A stretch of 62,248 nt of DNA from Clostridia bacterium (GTDB lineage: Bacteria > Bacillota > Clostridia > TANB77 > CAG-508), in contig JAFUWA010000004.1 of NCBI GenBank assembly GCA_017477355.1, positions 1 to 62,248 on the forward strand, written 5' to 3'. Each line of letters starts with the position of its first letter. The stretch's first letter is position 1. Both the position numbers and the translations under genes were made by a program. The notes beneath the pieces are model-generated. The model had not been told where the DNA came from. It made no database searches and was given only the letters and a program-made list of their open reading frames with translations. Shown here piece after piece: positions 1 to 9,476 of the stretch.

Positions 1-95
1 CTCCAATTTTTTGTTTAGTAAATTTTTTTGTTTTCATGTAAATTATACCAAACAAATTGGGTTCTTTCTATATTTTTAAGTCAATTTTTTTATTT

Positions 96-104
96 TGTGG
101 ATAA
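96..104 (-). promoter_or_regulatory. single consensus DnaA box (TTATCCACA on - strand)
   Basis: tgtggataa read directly upstream of gyrA; only one copy seen, so not an origin call. Confidence 0.3.
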
Positions 105-227
105 CTATTTCAAAATTTTTTACAAAATACCGAAACTTAAACTTGATTTTTTAGATTGACTTTTATATAATACACATATATAAAAGCGGCTTTAGCGTAA
201 AGCCGTAAAAAGAAAAGAGGTTAGCAA

Positions 228-2672
228 ATGGAAAGACAAGACGAGACAATTATCGAGAGAGAAATTAACGAAGAAATGAAAACTGCGTATATCAGTTATG
301 CGATGAGTGTTATTGTTAGCCGTGCTTTGCCAGATGTTAGAGATGGTCTAAAACCAGTACATAGAAGAATCTTATATTCTATGCATGAAGATGGTATTAC
401 ATCAGACAAGCCTTACAGAAAGTGTGCAAACACAGTAGGTTCTGTGCTTGGTAGATATCACCCTCATGGTGATGCGTCTGTTTATGATGCTATGGTTAGA
501 ATGGCTCAAGACTTTTCTATGAGATATCCACTAATTGATGGACATGGAAATTTTGGTTCTACAGATGGTGACCCAGCAGCTGCAATGAGATATACAGAGG
601 CAAGAATGGCTAAACTTGCAGAGGTTATGCTTGCTGATATTGAAAAAAATACAGTTGATTTTATGCCAAACTATGATGATAGACTTCAGGAACCTACAGT
701 TCTTCCATCAAAGATACCAACATTATTATTAAATGGCTCTTCAGGAATTGCTGTTGGTATGGCAACAAATATACCACCACATAATATGAAAGAAGTTTGT
801 GATGGAATCTGTGCAATTATAGATAATTTTGATTTAACAGATGATGAATTAATGAAAATTATCAAAGGTCCAGATTTCCCTACAGGAGCTACTATTCTTG
901 GTAGAGAAGGAATCAGAGAAGCATACACAACAGGTAAAGGCAAAATTACAATGCGTGCTGAGACTGAAATTGAAGAAATGGCAAATGGAAAACAAAGAAT
1001 TATTGTTTCTTCATTACCATATCAGGTTAATAAAGCAAAATTAATTGAAACAATTGCTAACTTAGTAAAAGATAAAAGAATAGATGGAATCTCTGAAATT
1101 AGAGATGAATCTGACAGAATTGATAAATGTAGAGTAGTAATTGAACTTAAGAGAGATGCTAGAGCACAAGTTATATTAAATTTATTATTTAAACATACTC
1201 AAATGCAAGATACTTTTGGAATTATCAACTTAGCATTAGTAGATGGAGAGCCAAGAATTCTTTCATTAAGACAATGTTTAGATGAATTTATTAAACATAG
1301 AAAAAATGTTATTTTAAGAAGAACAAAATTTGAACTTGATAAAGCAGAAGCTAGAGCACATATCTTACAAGGTTTATTAATTGCAATTGATAATATTGAT
1401 GAAGTTATTAAAATTATTCGTGAAAGCTATGATGATGCAAAAGAGCGTTTGATGGAAAGATTTACTCTTTCTGAAATCCAAGCACAAGCTATTTTGGATA
1501 TGCAATTAAAGAGACTATCTGGTTTGCAAAGAGAAAAACTAGAAGAAGAATATGCTGAATTAATGAAATTAATTGCACATTTAAAAGAAATTTTAGCAAA
1601 CGAAAAATTAGTTTATGACATTATTAAAGAAGAAACTTTAGAAATTAAAGAAAAATATGGTGATGATAGATTAACAAAGATTGTTGCTGCAGAAGGCGAA
1701 ATTGAAGTAGAAGATTTGATTAAGGAAGAACAAACTGTTATTTCTTTAACACATTTTGGATATATCAAGAGAATGCCTGTTGATACATATAAAAGCCAAA
1801 AACGTGGTGGCAAAGGAATTACAGGAATGACAACTCGTGAAGATGACTTTGTAAAACAAATCTTTACAGCATCAACACATGATACAATTTTATTCTTTAC
1901 TAATAAAGGAAAAATGTATCGTCTTCGTGGATTTGAAATTCCAGAGGCTGGTAGAACTGCAAAGGGAACAGCAATTGTAAACTTACTTAACGTAGAAGCT
2001 GGAGAAAAAGTATCTGCTATTATGCCAATCCAAGAATTCAAAGATGATATGTATGTAACAATGGCAACAAAGAATGGATTAATCAAGAGAACACCATTAA
2101 AAGAATACGATTCATCTAGAAAAACAGGATTACTTGGAATTAACTTAAAAGAGGATGATGAATTAATTGATGTTAGATTAACTAATGGTAATAATGACAT
2201 TGTTATGGTTACTAAGAAAGGTTTATGTATTACATTTGCTGAAAAAGACGGAAGAAGCGTTGGTAGAGTTTCAATGGGTGTTATCGGAATTCGCTTAGAT
2301 GATGGTGATGAAGTTGTTGGAATGGAACCAATTAGTGATAGAGCAAACGGAACACTTCTTGCAATTACTGAAAATGGATTTGGTAAGAGAACAGAATTAG
2401 AAGAATATAGAGTACAAAATAGAGGTGGTAGGGGATTAATTACTTATAAGATTACTCCAAAAACCGGCGATATTGTTGGTGTTCGTGTTGTTAATGGAAA
2501 AGAAGATGTAATGCTTATTACAGATACAGGAACAATTATTAGAATTAAAGTAGATGAAATTAATGTTCTTGGAAGAAGTACACAAGGTGTTACTTTGATG
2601 AGAACAAATGAAGGAAAAGTAGTAAGTATTGAAACTGTATCTCCAGAAGACGAGCAAGAAGAAACAGAATAA
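228..2672 (+). CDS. gyrA: DNA gyrase subunit A
   Basis: 814-aa ORF; N-terminal [44 protein letters not shown] motifs; C-terminal repeated beta-pinwheel blades; RBS aaagaggt upstream. Confidence 0.97.
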   Translation: MERQDETIIEREINEEMKTAYISYAMSVIVSRALPDVRDGLKPVHRRILYSMHEDGITSDKPYRKCANTVGSVLGRYHPHGDASVYDAMVRMAQDFSMRYPLIDGHGNFGSTDGDPAAAMRYTEARMAKLAEVMLADIEKNTVDFMPNYDDRLQEPTVLPSKIPTLLLNGSSGIAVGMATNIPPHNMKEVCDGICAIIDNFDLTDDELMKIIKGPDFPTGATILGREGIREAYTTGKGKITMRAETEIEEMANGKQRIIVSSLPYQVNKAKLIETIANLVKDKRIDGISEIRDESDRIDKCRVVIELKRDARAQVILNLLFKHTQMQDTFGIINLALVDGEPRILSLRQCLDEFIKHRKNVILRRTKFELDKAEARAHILQGLLIAIDNIDEVIKIIRESYDDAKERLMERFTLSEIQAQAILDMQLKRLSGLQREKLEEEYAELMKLIAHLKEILANEKLVYDIIKEETLEIKEKYGDDRLTKIVAAEGEIEVEDLIKEEQTVISLTHFGYIKRMPVDTYKSQKRGGKGITGMTTREDDFVKQIFTASTHDTILFFTNKGKMYRLRGFEIPEAGRTAKGTAIVNLLNVEAGEKVSAIMPIQEFKDDMYVTMATKNGLIKRTPLKEYDSSRKTGLLGINLKEDDELIDVRLTNGNNDIVMVTKKGLCITFAEKDGRSVGRVSMGVIGIRLDDGDEVVGMEPISDRANGTLLAITENGFGKRTELEEYRVQNRGGRGLITYKITPKTGDIVGVRVVNGKEDVMLITDTGTIIRIKVDEINVLGRSTQGVTLMRTNEGKVVSIETVSPEDEQEETE

Positions 2673-2689
2673 AAATAAAATATTGATGA

Positions 2690-2726
2690 AATACACTATT
2701 CTTTTTAGAGTAGTGTATTTTTTTAT
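2690..2726 (+). terminator. intrinsic terminator after gyrA
   Basis: stem aatacacta / tagtgtatt followed by T-run. Confidence 0.7.
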
Positions 2727-2751
2727 GAAAAATTTTTTTATTTTAAATATC

Positions 2752-2986
2752 AAAGAGATTATATAGAAATTTTAAGTTGAGACGAGGATATATTTTTCTG
2801 AGAATTCAAGAATAATACTAAATACTCAGATACTTTGCGTCGGTCGACATCCTCTAGCGTTATTGTATGTTGGAAGTCTCCATTCCTTAAGTATCTTCGT
2901 ATTTGTATTATTCTTGAATCTTCGTTTAGAAAAATGTAGCGGGAGCGTCCGAAATCGAGTCTTAAAAATTACTATATAATCTCTTT
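2752..2986. repeat. composite palindromic MITE-like element, copy A (outer family with inner family nested at its hairpin apex)
   Basis: termini aaagagattatatag...ctatataatctcttt are inverted repeats; arms match copies at 10832-10962 and 51775-51995 in inverted orientation. Confidence 0.8.
2811..2912. repeat. inner palindromic element nested in copy A
   Basis: own inverted termini aataatactaaatactcagatac / gtatcttcgtatttgtattatt; core tgcgtcggtcgacatcctctagcg...ggaagtctccattcc also found solo at 5121-5228 (reverse) and nested at 51847-51954. Confidence 0.8.
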
Positions 2987-3101
2987 TTTAATTTTTAAAA
3001 TTTTTCACAAAAAATAATTGTATTCTAAAAATAAAGATGATATAATGAGCATACTGTACAGAAGATGAAGAATTATAAGTAGTAAAAGAGGGGCAATAGA
3101 C

Positions 3102-4065
3102 ATGAAAATTGAGGCAAAGGAAGATCATGGATTGTTTTCTAGTACAGAAATTCCAGATATATTTTTCTCAGATTATTTAGGCCTTGCTAGCAGTGATGCA
3201 GTTAAGGTTTATTTGTATTTGTCTTTTTTATCTAAGAGTGGGAAAGATATTAATATTAATGAAGTGTCTAAAGCATTATCTCTTTCTTATGATGCTGTGA
3301 ATCAATCAATTAAATATTGGGAAGATCAAGGACTTTTTATTAAAAGGCCAGATGGATATGTTTTAGCCAATTTAAAAGAAATTGCTTTAGGAAAGTTGTA
3401 TTCTCCTAAAGTTACTGCTAGTCCTGAAGATATTGAGAGAAGTGTCAAAAATAAAACAAGAAATATTTGCATTGAAAGTATTAATAATCAGTTCTTTTCT
3501 GGAACAATGAATCCAACGTGGTATACAGATATTGATTTATGGTTTGAAAAATATGGATTTGATGAGCAAGTGATGCTAGCTTTATTTAGCTATTGTACCG
3601 AGAAAACAGAAAATATTAATAGAAATTATATTCAAGCGGTTGCAGAGCGGATGGTCAAAAAGTAAAATAAAAACTTTTGAAGAATTAGATGAGTATTTTT
3701 CTAAACAAGAGAAAATAAATGTATTAAAGAAAGAAATTACAAATAAATTAGGAATTTTTAGACCATTAACATCTTTTGAGGATGAGTATATCTTAAAATG
3801 GACAGAAGAATATGGATATAATATGGATATTATTGAGCTTGCATTAAAACGTTCTGTATTGAAGTCAAATGCTGGATTTAAATATTATGATGATGTTTTA
3901 AGTGATTGGCATGCCAAAGGGCTAACAACTCCTGAACAAGTGGAAGCACATCTATCTAGCATTACTGAGAAAAAAACAAGAGCAAAGCAAGTTCAAACCA
4001 TGGCAAAGCAATACGAATTTACTCAGAGTACATTTGATAGTTTTGAAAATTTATATGATAATTAA
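3102..4065 (+). CDS. DnaD/DnaB_2-domain replication initiation / helicase-loading partner protein; needs +1 shift at CGG-A 3648
   Basis: track ORFs 3102-3665 and 3640-4065 join as ...NYIQAVAE-G-WSKSKIKTFEEL...; two DnaD-type C-terminal repeats (YILKWTEEYGYNMDIIELAL...DDVLSDWHAKGLTT); followed by dnaI as in Firmicutes. Confidence 0.8.
3648..3651 (+). other. putative +1 recoding site CGG-A (C skipped, GGA=Gly)
   Basis: zero-frame gag CGG atg...taa; +1 frame gga tgg tca aaa restores the DnaD domain. Confidence 0.6.
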
Positions 4066-4099
4066 TGATAAAATATAATTAATATAAGAAAGGACAGTC

Positions 4100-5122
4100 A
4101 TGAATAGTTCTCTTTTAAAGCAATTATTAACTGAATATGATGCTAAAAGAAATCAAGCGATTGAAATGGCTGAAAGAAAAAAAGAAGAGCTATTATCAGT
4201 GAATCCTAAAATTGCAGAAATAGATAAAGAATTATCTAGGATATCTATTGAAGCTTCTCGAAATATAATTCACTCTACATCTGAAGAAAAAGGAAAAATA
4301 ATGAGTGAATTAAAGAAAAAAAGTACTAATCTTATAAAAGAGAAAAATGCGATTATAAAAGAATTATTTCAATCAACAGACTATTTTGAACCCAATTTTG
4401 AGTGTAAAACTTGCAAAGATACAGGATTTATTCAGAAAGCAGGAAAGACTGAAATTTGTAGTTGCTTAAAACAAAAAATATATGATATTGCTTATAATAA
4501 GTCTAATATGGGAAATTTAGAATTTGAGAATTTTAGTACTCTTAATATTAGAATGTTTTCAGATAAAGAGAACAAAGAAAAATATAAATCAGATATTTCT
4601 CCTAGAGAGAACATGAATTTATTAAGAGAGAAAGCTAACAATTTTATAAAAAATTTTGATGATCCTCAAGAAAAAAATTTGATTTTTCTTGGAGGAACAG
4701 GTCTTGGAAAAACATTTTTAACAAATTGTATTGCAAATGAATTATTAAAAGAAGGAAAAACAGTCTTATATCAAACGGCTCCTGTGATGTTTGATGATAT
4801 TTTTGATGAGAAATATGGAAAAAACCAGAATCCAATAGGATTAGAAAAAAATATATTAACAGCAGATTTGTTAATTATTGATGATTTAGGAACTGAAAAG
4901 GTATCAGATAATAAAATAGAAGAATTATTTAATATTATCAATACGAGATTATTAAATCAAAATCATAAGATAACGAAAACAATTATTTCTACAAATCTTA
5001 CTGCGCAAGAGCTTGCCAATACCTATACTATGAGAATTGGTTCAAGGCTAGCAGGATCTTATCGCTTCTTAAGATTTTTTGGTGAAGATATCAGGTTAAA
5101 AAAAGGTAAAAAAGAAATATAA
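4100..5122 (+). CDS. dnaI: helicase loader DnaI/DnaC-type AAA+ ATPase
   Basis: N-terminal Cys cluster CKTCKDTGF...CSC; Walker A GGTGLGKTFL; Walker B LLIIDDLGTE; sits directly after the DnaD-like gene. Confidence 0.85.
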   Translation: MNSSLLKQLLTEYDAKRNQAIEMAERKKEELLSVNPKIAEIDKELSRISIEASRNIIHSTSEEKGKIMSELKKKSTNLIKEKNAIIKELFQSTDYFEPNFECKTCKDTGFIQKAGKTEICSCLKQKIYDIAYNKSNMGNLEFENFSTLNIRMFSDKENKEKYKSDISPRENMNLLREKANNFIKNFDDPQEKNLIFLGGTGLGKTFLTNCIANELLKEGKTVLYQTAPVMFDDIFDEKYGKNQNPIGLEKNILTADLLIIDDLGTEKVSDNKIEELFNIINTRLLNQNHKITKTIISTNLTAQELANTYTMRIGSRLAGSYRFLRFFGEDIRLKKGKKEI

Positions 5123-5228
5123 AAACTATACAAATATGAAAATACTTAAGGAATGGGGACTTCCAGTAGAATAAAGCGCTAGAGGATGTCGACCGACGAA
5201 AAGTATTTGAATATTTAGTATAGTTTTT
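5121..5228. repeat. solo copy (B) of the inner palindromic element
   Basis: aaaaactatacaaatatgaaaatacttaaggaatggggacttcc...gctagaggatgtcgaccgacg...tatttagtatagttttt is the reverse complement of 2811-2912. Confidence 0.8.
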
Positions 5229-5245
5229 ATATTTCTTTAATCTTC

Positions 5246-5428
5246 TTATTTATTTAATTCTTTCATTAAATCTTCAACATCAATTCCATGAACTTCACAG
5301 GCTTCTTCGATTGTCTCTGCTTGAGATGCAGGACATCCTAAACAATGCATACCAGCTTCTAAAAGAATATCTATTTTGTCTGGATATTGTTCACAAAACT
5401 CACCAATTTTCATAGTTTTTTCAATCAT
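5246..5428 (-). CDS. DUF1858 / hybrid-cluster-associated redox disulfide domain protein
   Basis: 60 aa; IGEFCEQYPDKIDILLEAGMHCLGCPASQAETIEEACEVHGID matches the family pattern. Confidence 0.75.
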   Translation of the reverse strand: MIEKTMKIGEFCEQYPDKIDILLEAGMHCLGCPASQAETIEEACEVHGIDVEDLMKELNK

Positions 5429-5547
5429 TGAAATAACCTCCTTTTTATGTTTATCGAAGATATTTTAACACAAATTTTCTAAAAAGTATAGACAAATTAG
5501 AAAAAATGTTATATTATATTGCAAATCAAATAAAGAAGGTGGTTAAA

Positions 5548-5691
5548 TTGCAATTATTAATTCATGCTTTCTTTATTAGTTTCCTATTTTATATTTTGAT
5601 AATAATCTATTTTATTTATTCAGAAATTGATTTTATTCTTTTAAAAAATCAGCAAGGTTCCAAATTAAATTTAAAAAAGAAAGATATTTAA
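5548..5691 (+). CDS. small hydrophobic protein at the head of the T4CP-like operon (TTG start)
   Basis: RBS gaaggtgg 5 nt before TTG; one TM segment (AFFISFLFYILIIIYFIY); abuts the next gene. Confidence 0.35.
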   Translation: MQLLIHAFFISFLFYILIIIYFIYSEIDFILLKNQQGSKLNLKKKDI

Positions 5692-5694
5692 GAA

Positions 5695-7428
5695 TTGAGA
5701 AAATATCTTAAAGTCAGCATTGTTTACGGTCTAGTGTTATGTATTGGGGTTACAATAGTATACCTTATATTTAGGCCTATTTTTTGTGCTCAAAATTTAA
5801 TGTTCCCATATGCAGTACACCCTTTTGACATATGTAAGGTTTATCCTGATACATGGAAATTTATAAAAATAGCATATTTTATTACTTTTTCAGTTTCTTA
5901 CAGTTTTATAATCATGAAAGTTCTAAGAAAAATAAATTTTGAAAAGAAAAATAAACTGAATACTAATTTATGGAAAGAATATGAAATAAGTGAAGAATTA
6001 TGCTTAACAGTAGGAACTAACTTGAAAAAAGAGCAAGTTAAAATTTCTGAAAAAGGGCTATATCAAAATATATTAATTGTAGGAACAATAGGAAGTGGAA
6101 AAACAAGTTCTGCAATGTATCCATTTACAAAGCAATTAATGGAATATAAAGCAGAAAGTACAAAAGAAAAGCTTGCAATGTTAATTTTAGATGTAAAAGG
6201 TAATTACAGTAAAAAAGTGATAGAATTTGCCGAAAGTGTAGGGAGAGCAGAAGATGTAAATGTAATCGATTTAACTGGAAGAGTAAGGTATAATCCTCTG
6301 GATAAGCCAAATCTTACACCAATTGTTTTAGCTAATCGATTAAAAACGATTTTAGAATTGTTTAATAGAGAATCGAGTGAAAGTTATTGGTTAGATAAAG
6401 CAGAGCAAATTTTAGCAGAAAGTATTAAATTTTGCAGAATTTATAATGATGGATATGTTGATTTTATGGAACTCCATAAACTAATCATGTTTCCGGAGTA
6501 TTATGCTGAAAAAATTAAAATTGCGAGAAAGAAATTTGAAAATGGTTTACTAAAAGAAAACGATATTTATAATTTATTGTCATGTGTTAATTTTTTTGAT
6601 AAAGAATTTTTTTCCTTAGATGAAAGAACCCTATCTATTTTAAAGTCTGAAATTAGTAGAATTACAAATGTTTTTGTGTCTGATTATTATGTTTCTAAAA
6701 GTTTTTGCCCTAACAAACAAGAAATCAATTTTAAAGGATTTGAAGATGTATTAGATGAAGGAAAAATTGTTGTTTTAAATATGAATATTGCAGAATATAA
6801 AAATCTGTCTAAAATTATTGCAGCATATTTAAAACTGGATTTTCAAGGAACTGTTTTAAGCCGACTAAGTAATGGAAAAACGAAAAGAAAAACAGCATTT
6901 ATTAGTGATGAATATCATGAATATGTGACAAGCACAGATGGTGATTTTTTTGCACAAGCAAGAGAAGCTAAATGTGTTAATATAGTAACGACTCAAAGTT
7001 ATACATCTTTACAAAATGGTTTGAAAGATGAGGCTAGTGTAAAAGTAATTATTCAAAGTTTAGTTAATAAATTCTGGTTTCGAATGGATGATAATTTTAC
7101 AATTGAAGAAGTTCAGAAATTGATTGGAAAAGAGGATAAGAAGAAGGTATCAACGACGATTTCCGAAAGTGCAAAAGAAACAAATTATAATTTATTTCGA
7201 AATCAATTAGTTTCTCGAGATACTAATATCTCTGAAAGCTTTAATAAATATTTAGAAAAGGATTTTATTTATGATACCCAGTTTTTTTCACAAGAGCTAG
7301 AAACATTTGAAAGTCTTGCTTTTATTTCTAATGGAAATCGTATTTTATTACCTCAAAAATTGCATATGATACCATATTTTCAAAAAGAGAAAAATAAAAA
7401 TTGGAAAGGATTTGATTTAAATGAATAA
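5695..7428 (+). CDS. VirD4/TraG-like type IV coupling protein homologue (membrane-anchored P-loop ATPase)
   Basis: two N-terminal TM segments; GTIGSGKTSSAMYP...LILDVKGNY...YNPLD...SYWLDKAEQIL...FISDEYHEYV...NIVTTQSYTSL parallels GGSGAGKS...DPKGEL...YNPL...DEFANIG...ILQNLDQL of the canonical T4CP at 27912-29970. Confidence 0.65.
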   Translation: MRKYLKVSIVYGLVLCIGVTIVYLIFRPIFCAQNLMFPYAVHPFDICKVYPDTWKFIKIAYFITFSVSYSFIIMKVLRKINFEKKNKLNTNLWKEYEISEELCLTVGTNLKKEQVKISEKGLYQNILIVGTIGSGKTSSAMYPFTKQLMEYKAESTKEKLAMLILDVKGNYSKKVIEFAESVGRAEDVNVIDLTGRVRYNPLDKPNLTPIVLANRLKTILELFNRESSESYWLDKAEQILAESIKFCRIYNDGYVDFMELHKLIMFPEYYAEKIKIARKKFENGLLKENDIYNLLSCVNFFDKEFFSLDERTLSILKSEISRITNVFVSDYYVSKSFCPNKQEINFKGFEDVLDEGKIVVLNMNIAEYKNLSKIIAAYLKLDFQGTVLSRLSNGKTKRKTAFISDEYHEYVTSTDGDFFAQAREAKCVNIVTTQSYTSLQNGLKDEASVKVIIQSLVNKFWFRMDDNFTIEEVQKLIGKEDKKKVSTTISESAKETNYNLFRNQLVSRDTNISESFNKYLEKDFIYDTQFFSQELETFESLAFISNGNRILLPQKLHMIPYFQKEKNKNWKGFDLNE

Positions 7429-7759
7429 AAAAATAACTTGGAAAGAAAGAACACTTGCGATTATAATAATATCTTTGATTTTACTGATTACATTAAGTGG
7501 AGAGTGTTTTGCAGCAGACCCAACCTTAATTACAAAATTAAAATCCGCATTCGAGAAGATACAAGGATATATTTTAAGATTAGCTACCCCTGTTGCAGCA
7601 GTCAGTGTTGGAGTGGGAGCCTTAATGAGAAAGTTTAGTTTTGGTGATGAAGAAAAAATAAGAACTGGAAAAAATTTAATTAGAGGAAGTATTGTTTCTT
7701 ATATTGTCATTTTATTAACAGACATGATTTTATCTTTGATTAATACTTTACTTGGATAG
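7421..7759 (+). CDS. small secreted/membrane protein, VirB2/TrbC-pilin-like topology
   Basis: signal-like N-terminus ending CFAADP, then two hydrophobic segments; start overlaps the stop of the upstream gene. Confidence 0.4.
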   Translation: MNKKITWKERTLAIIIISLILLITLSGECFAADPTLITKLKSAFEKIQGYILRLATPVAAVSVGVGALMRKFSFGDEEKIRTGKNLIRGSIVSYIVILLTDMILSLINTLLG

Positions 7760-7768
7760 GAGAACAAG

Positions 7769-8644
7769 ATGGAGAATTCTACCAGTAATCTAGTGGCTTC
7801 TATTATCGAATCTATGAATCATATTTTTTCAAATATTTTTTCTTCTGTTGATAATGGGATTTATGAAATTTTAGACAAAATTGTTTTTGTGGATACAAGG
7901 ATTATCGAAAAAGATAATTTTGTAAAGTTATTTGGTACAGGAGGAACAAATGGAATTATGCTAATTTGTAATAGCTTGGTAATAGGAATTTTTCTTTTTT
8001 ATCTTGTTAATTTATTATTTTCCCATTTAACTAATTCTAAAGTACAAACTCCATTATCTTTTATCTTTAAAGCGATTATATTTGTGATTATCATGAACGG
8101 ATCTTTGTGGATATGCAAACAAATCATTGAAATTGTGTCTTTAATTTCTGGGGCCATTTGTGAAATTGGAGAAGAATTATTTGGACAAAAAATTTCATTT
8201 GTAAATTTTATGCAAAATATCAATGATAAAATTTATTTTTCTAAAAATGAAGTATTAGATGTTACTTCATTTGATGGAATTATCAAAACTTTTACGACAT
8301 TTGGATTTATGAATTTAATTTTTTCGTATGCTCTTCGCTATATTATGATTCAAGTCTTTGTTTTATTATTTCCATTTGCAATTTTGTTAGGAATATATGA
8401 TAAAACTGTGCCACTTTCTAAAGCTATTTTAAAAGCATTTATATCCCTGCTTTTAGAACAAGTTTTGATTGCGTTAATTCTTGTTTTATCGTTTTCATTT
8501 AATTTATCTAGTGAGATTTCCAAAGTATTATATATTGGAATTATTTATAGTTTAATAAAAGCCAATACTTATATGTATATGATTTTTGGGGGAATCAGTA
8601 CAAGTATTAGTAATAATGCTACTCTAATAAAAGGAGGTGGATAA
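7769..8644 (+). CDS. polytopic membrane protein, VirB6/TrbL-like topology
   Basis: 291 aa with about 6 predicted TM segments, in operon with the T4CP-like ATPase. Confidence 0.4.
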   Translation: MENSTSNLVASIIESMNHIFSNIFSSVDNGIYEILDKIVFVDTRIIEKDNFVKLFGTGGTNGIMLICNSLVIGIFLFYLVNLLFSHLTNSKVQTPLSFIFKAIIFVIIMNGSLWICKQIIEIVSLISGAICEIGEELFGQKISFVNFMQNINDKIYFSKNEVLDVTSFDGIIKTFTTFGFMNLIFSYALRYIMIQVFVLLFPFAILLGIYDKTVPLSKAILKAFISLLLEQVLIALILVLSFSFNLSSEISKVLYIGIIYSLIKANTYMYMIFGGISTSISNNATLIKGGG

Positions 8645-8930
8645 ATTGAAGTTTATTTTTCCCAAAAACTATCGATATCAAGCTAAACTATTGGGATTTA
8701 TTGATTACATAACTGCAATTGTTGATTTAATAATAGGGATTTTCCTATTTTTGATTCTTAAGATGCTGATTCAAAAAATAACAATAAGAATTTATGTTTT
8801 TGTTATCTTATTTTTACCCATTATTTTAGTTTCGATTTTTCTAATAAACGGAGAAAATATTGTCTCTTATTTTATGATGATTATTAGATTTTTGAAAAGA
8901 AGAGGAGTGTATTTTTATAATAAGAATTAG
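8637..8930 (+). CDS. small 2-TM protein, PrgI/TcpE (VirB3-like) type
   Basis: about 95 aa; two TM hairpin; likely TTG start at 8646 after SD aggagg; overlaps the upstream stop. Confidence 0.4.
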   Translation: MDKLKFIFPKNYRYQAKLLGFIDYITAIVDLIIGIFLFLILKMLIQKITIRIYVFVILFLPIILVSIFLINGENIVSYFMMIIRFLKRRGVYFYNKN

Positions 8931-9045
8931 GCCGGACTCGCCAAAGGCCGCGTTGTAGAAACAGTCCATTGGACTGTTTCTGTTCACTTTCGGTGCTTTA
9001 TCAAGCCCCAAAAGATGAACCACTCCTTTTCGACTCTGACAAGTG
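8931..9045. other. GC-rich, structured non-coding segment (candidate ncRNA or tRNA/att remnant)
   Basis: much higher GC than flanks; perfect 10-bp hairpin gaaacagtcc att ggactgtttc; gccggactcg (8932-8941) repeats the T-arm of the adjacent tRNA (9100-9109). Confidence 0.3.
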
Positions 9046-9088
9046 CAAACAAAAAATAGATAGTTCTATAAACTATCTATTTTTTGTT
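9046..9088. terminator. bidirectional hairpin terminator
   Basis: caaacaaaaaatagatagtt / aactatctattttttgtttg, about 19-bp stem flanked by A/T runs. Confidence 0.75.
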
Positions 9089-9164
9089 TGGTGTTCCTTG
9101 CCGGACTCGAACCGACATCTTTCGCTTAGGAGGCGAGTGCTCTATCCTGCTGAGCTAAAGGAAC
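9089..9164 (-). tRNA. tRNA-Arg (anticodon CCU, reads AGG), CCA encoded
   Basis: 76 nt folded by hand: acceptor GTTCCTT/AAGGAAC, D GCTC/GAGC, anticodon loop CTCCTAA, T-arm GTCGG-TTCGAGT-CCGGC, ACCA end. Confidence 0.9.
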
Positions 9165-9328
9165 ATATAAGCATATTTATTATACCATGTTATAAAAAAA
9201 AATCAAGAGATATAAAACTCTTCAAAAATGGCAAAAATGAAAGATAAAACGAGAAAAAAAGAGATAATACTATAAAATATGTCATAAATAAACAAAAATT
9301 GTTTTAATTAGTTTAAAACAAAAAGATA

Positions 9329-9358
9329 TTGACATATTTGACATAAGATAGTATAATA
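9329..9358 (+). promoter_or_regulatory. sigma-A type promoter for mgtE
   Basis: TTGACA, 18 nt, TATAAT. Confidence 0.5.
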
Positions 9359-9476
9359 AAGAAGTGGGTTACATAATTTTTTTGAAATCTACAAGAATAT
9401 ATCAGTAATAGGCTTGGCAAGTATATATTCATTATATTTTGTTAAAAATAATACTGAGAGAATAGGGGGAAATGGT

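Noticed and set aside
1-37. Possible 5' end of a - strand gene (MKTKKFTKQKIG...)
   Set aside because: Only 12 codons lie in the window and there is no convincing SD. It cannot be supported.
686-2753. Antisense ORFs within gyrA (686-943, 1613-2200, 2436-2753) and similar shadow ORFs throughout the track
   Set aside because: They overlap well-supported genes on the opposite strand, are low-complexity and have no RBS. The other examples are 4644-4835, 6125-6310, 7999-8223, 9608-9949, 12966-13184, 13851-14108, 16291-16494, 17038-17250, 19144-19341, 22817-22999, 23170-23361, 24559-24741, 27374-27583, 27596-27844, 27971-28222, 29479-30064, 30744-31022, 32152-32592, 33320-33876, 35601-36122, 37329-37637, 39086-39304, 42735-42929, 43652-43975, 44830-45123, 46606-46815, 49128-49385, 52756-52941, 54477-54689, 57992-58183 and 60521-60715.
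8841-9247. Track ORFs 8841-9023 (-) and 8969-9247 (+)
   Set aside because: They run across the tRNA-Arg gene, the terminator hairpin and the GC-rich non-coding segment. There is no RBS.
9250-9476. M-box (Mg) riboswitch upstream of mgtE
   Set aside because: The leader is about 120 nt and very AT-rich, without recognisable M-box helices. Only a promoter was called.
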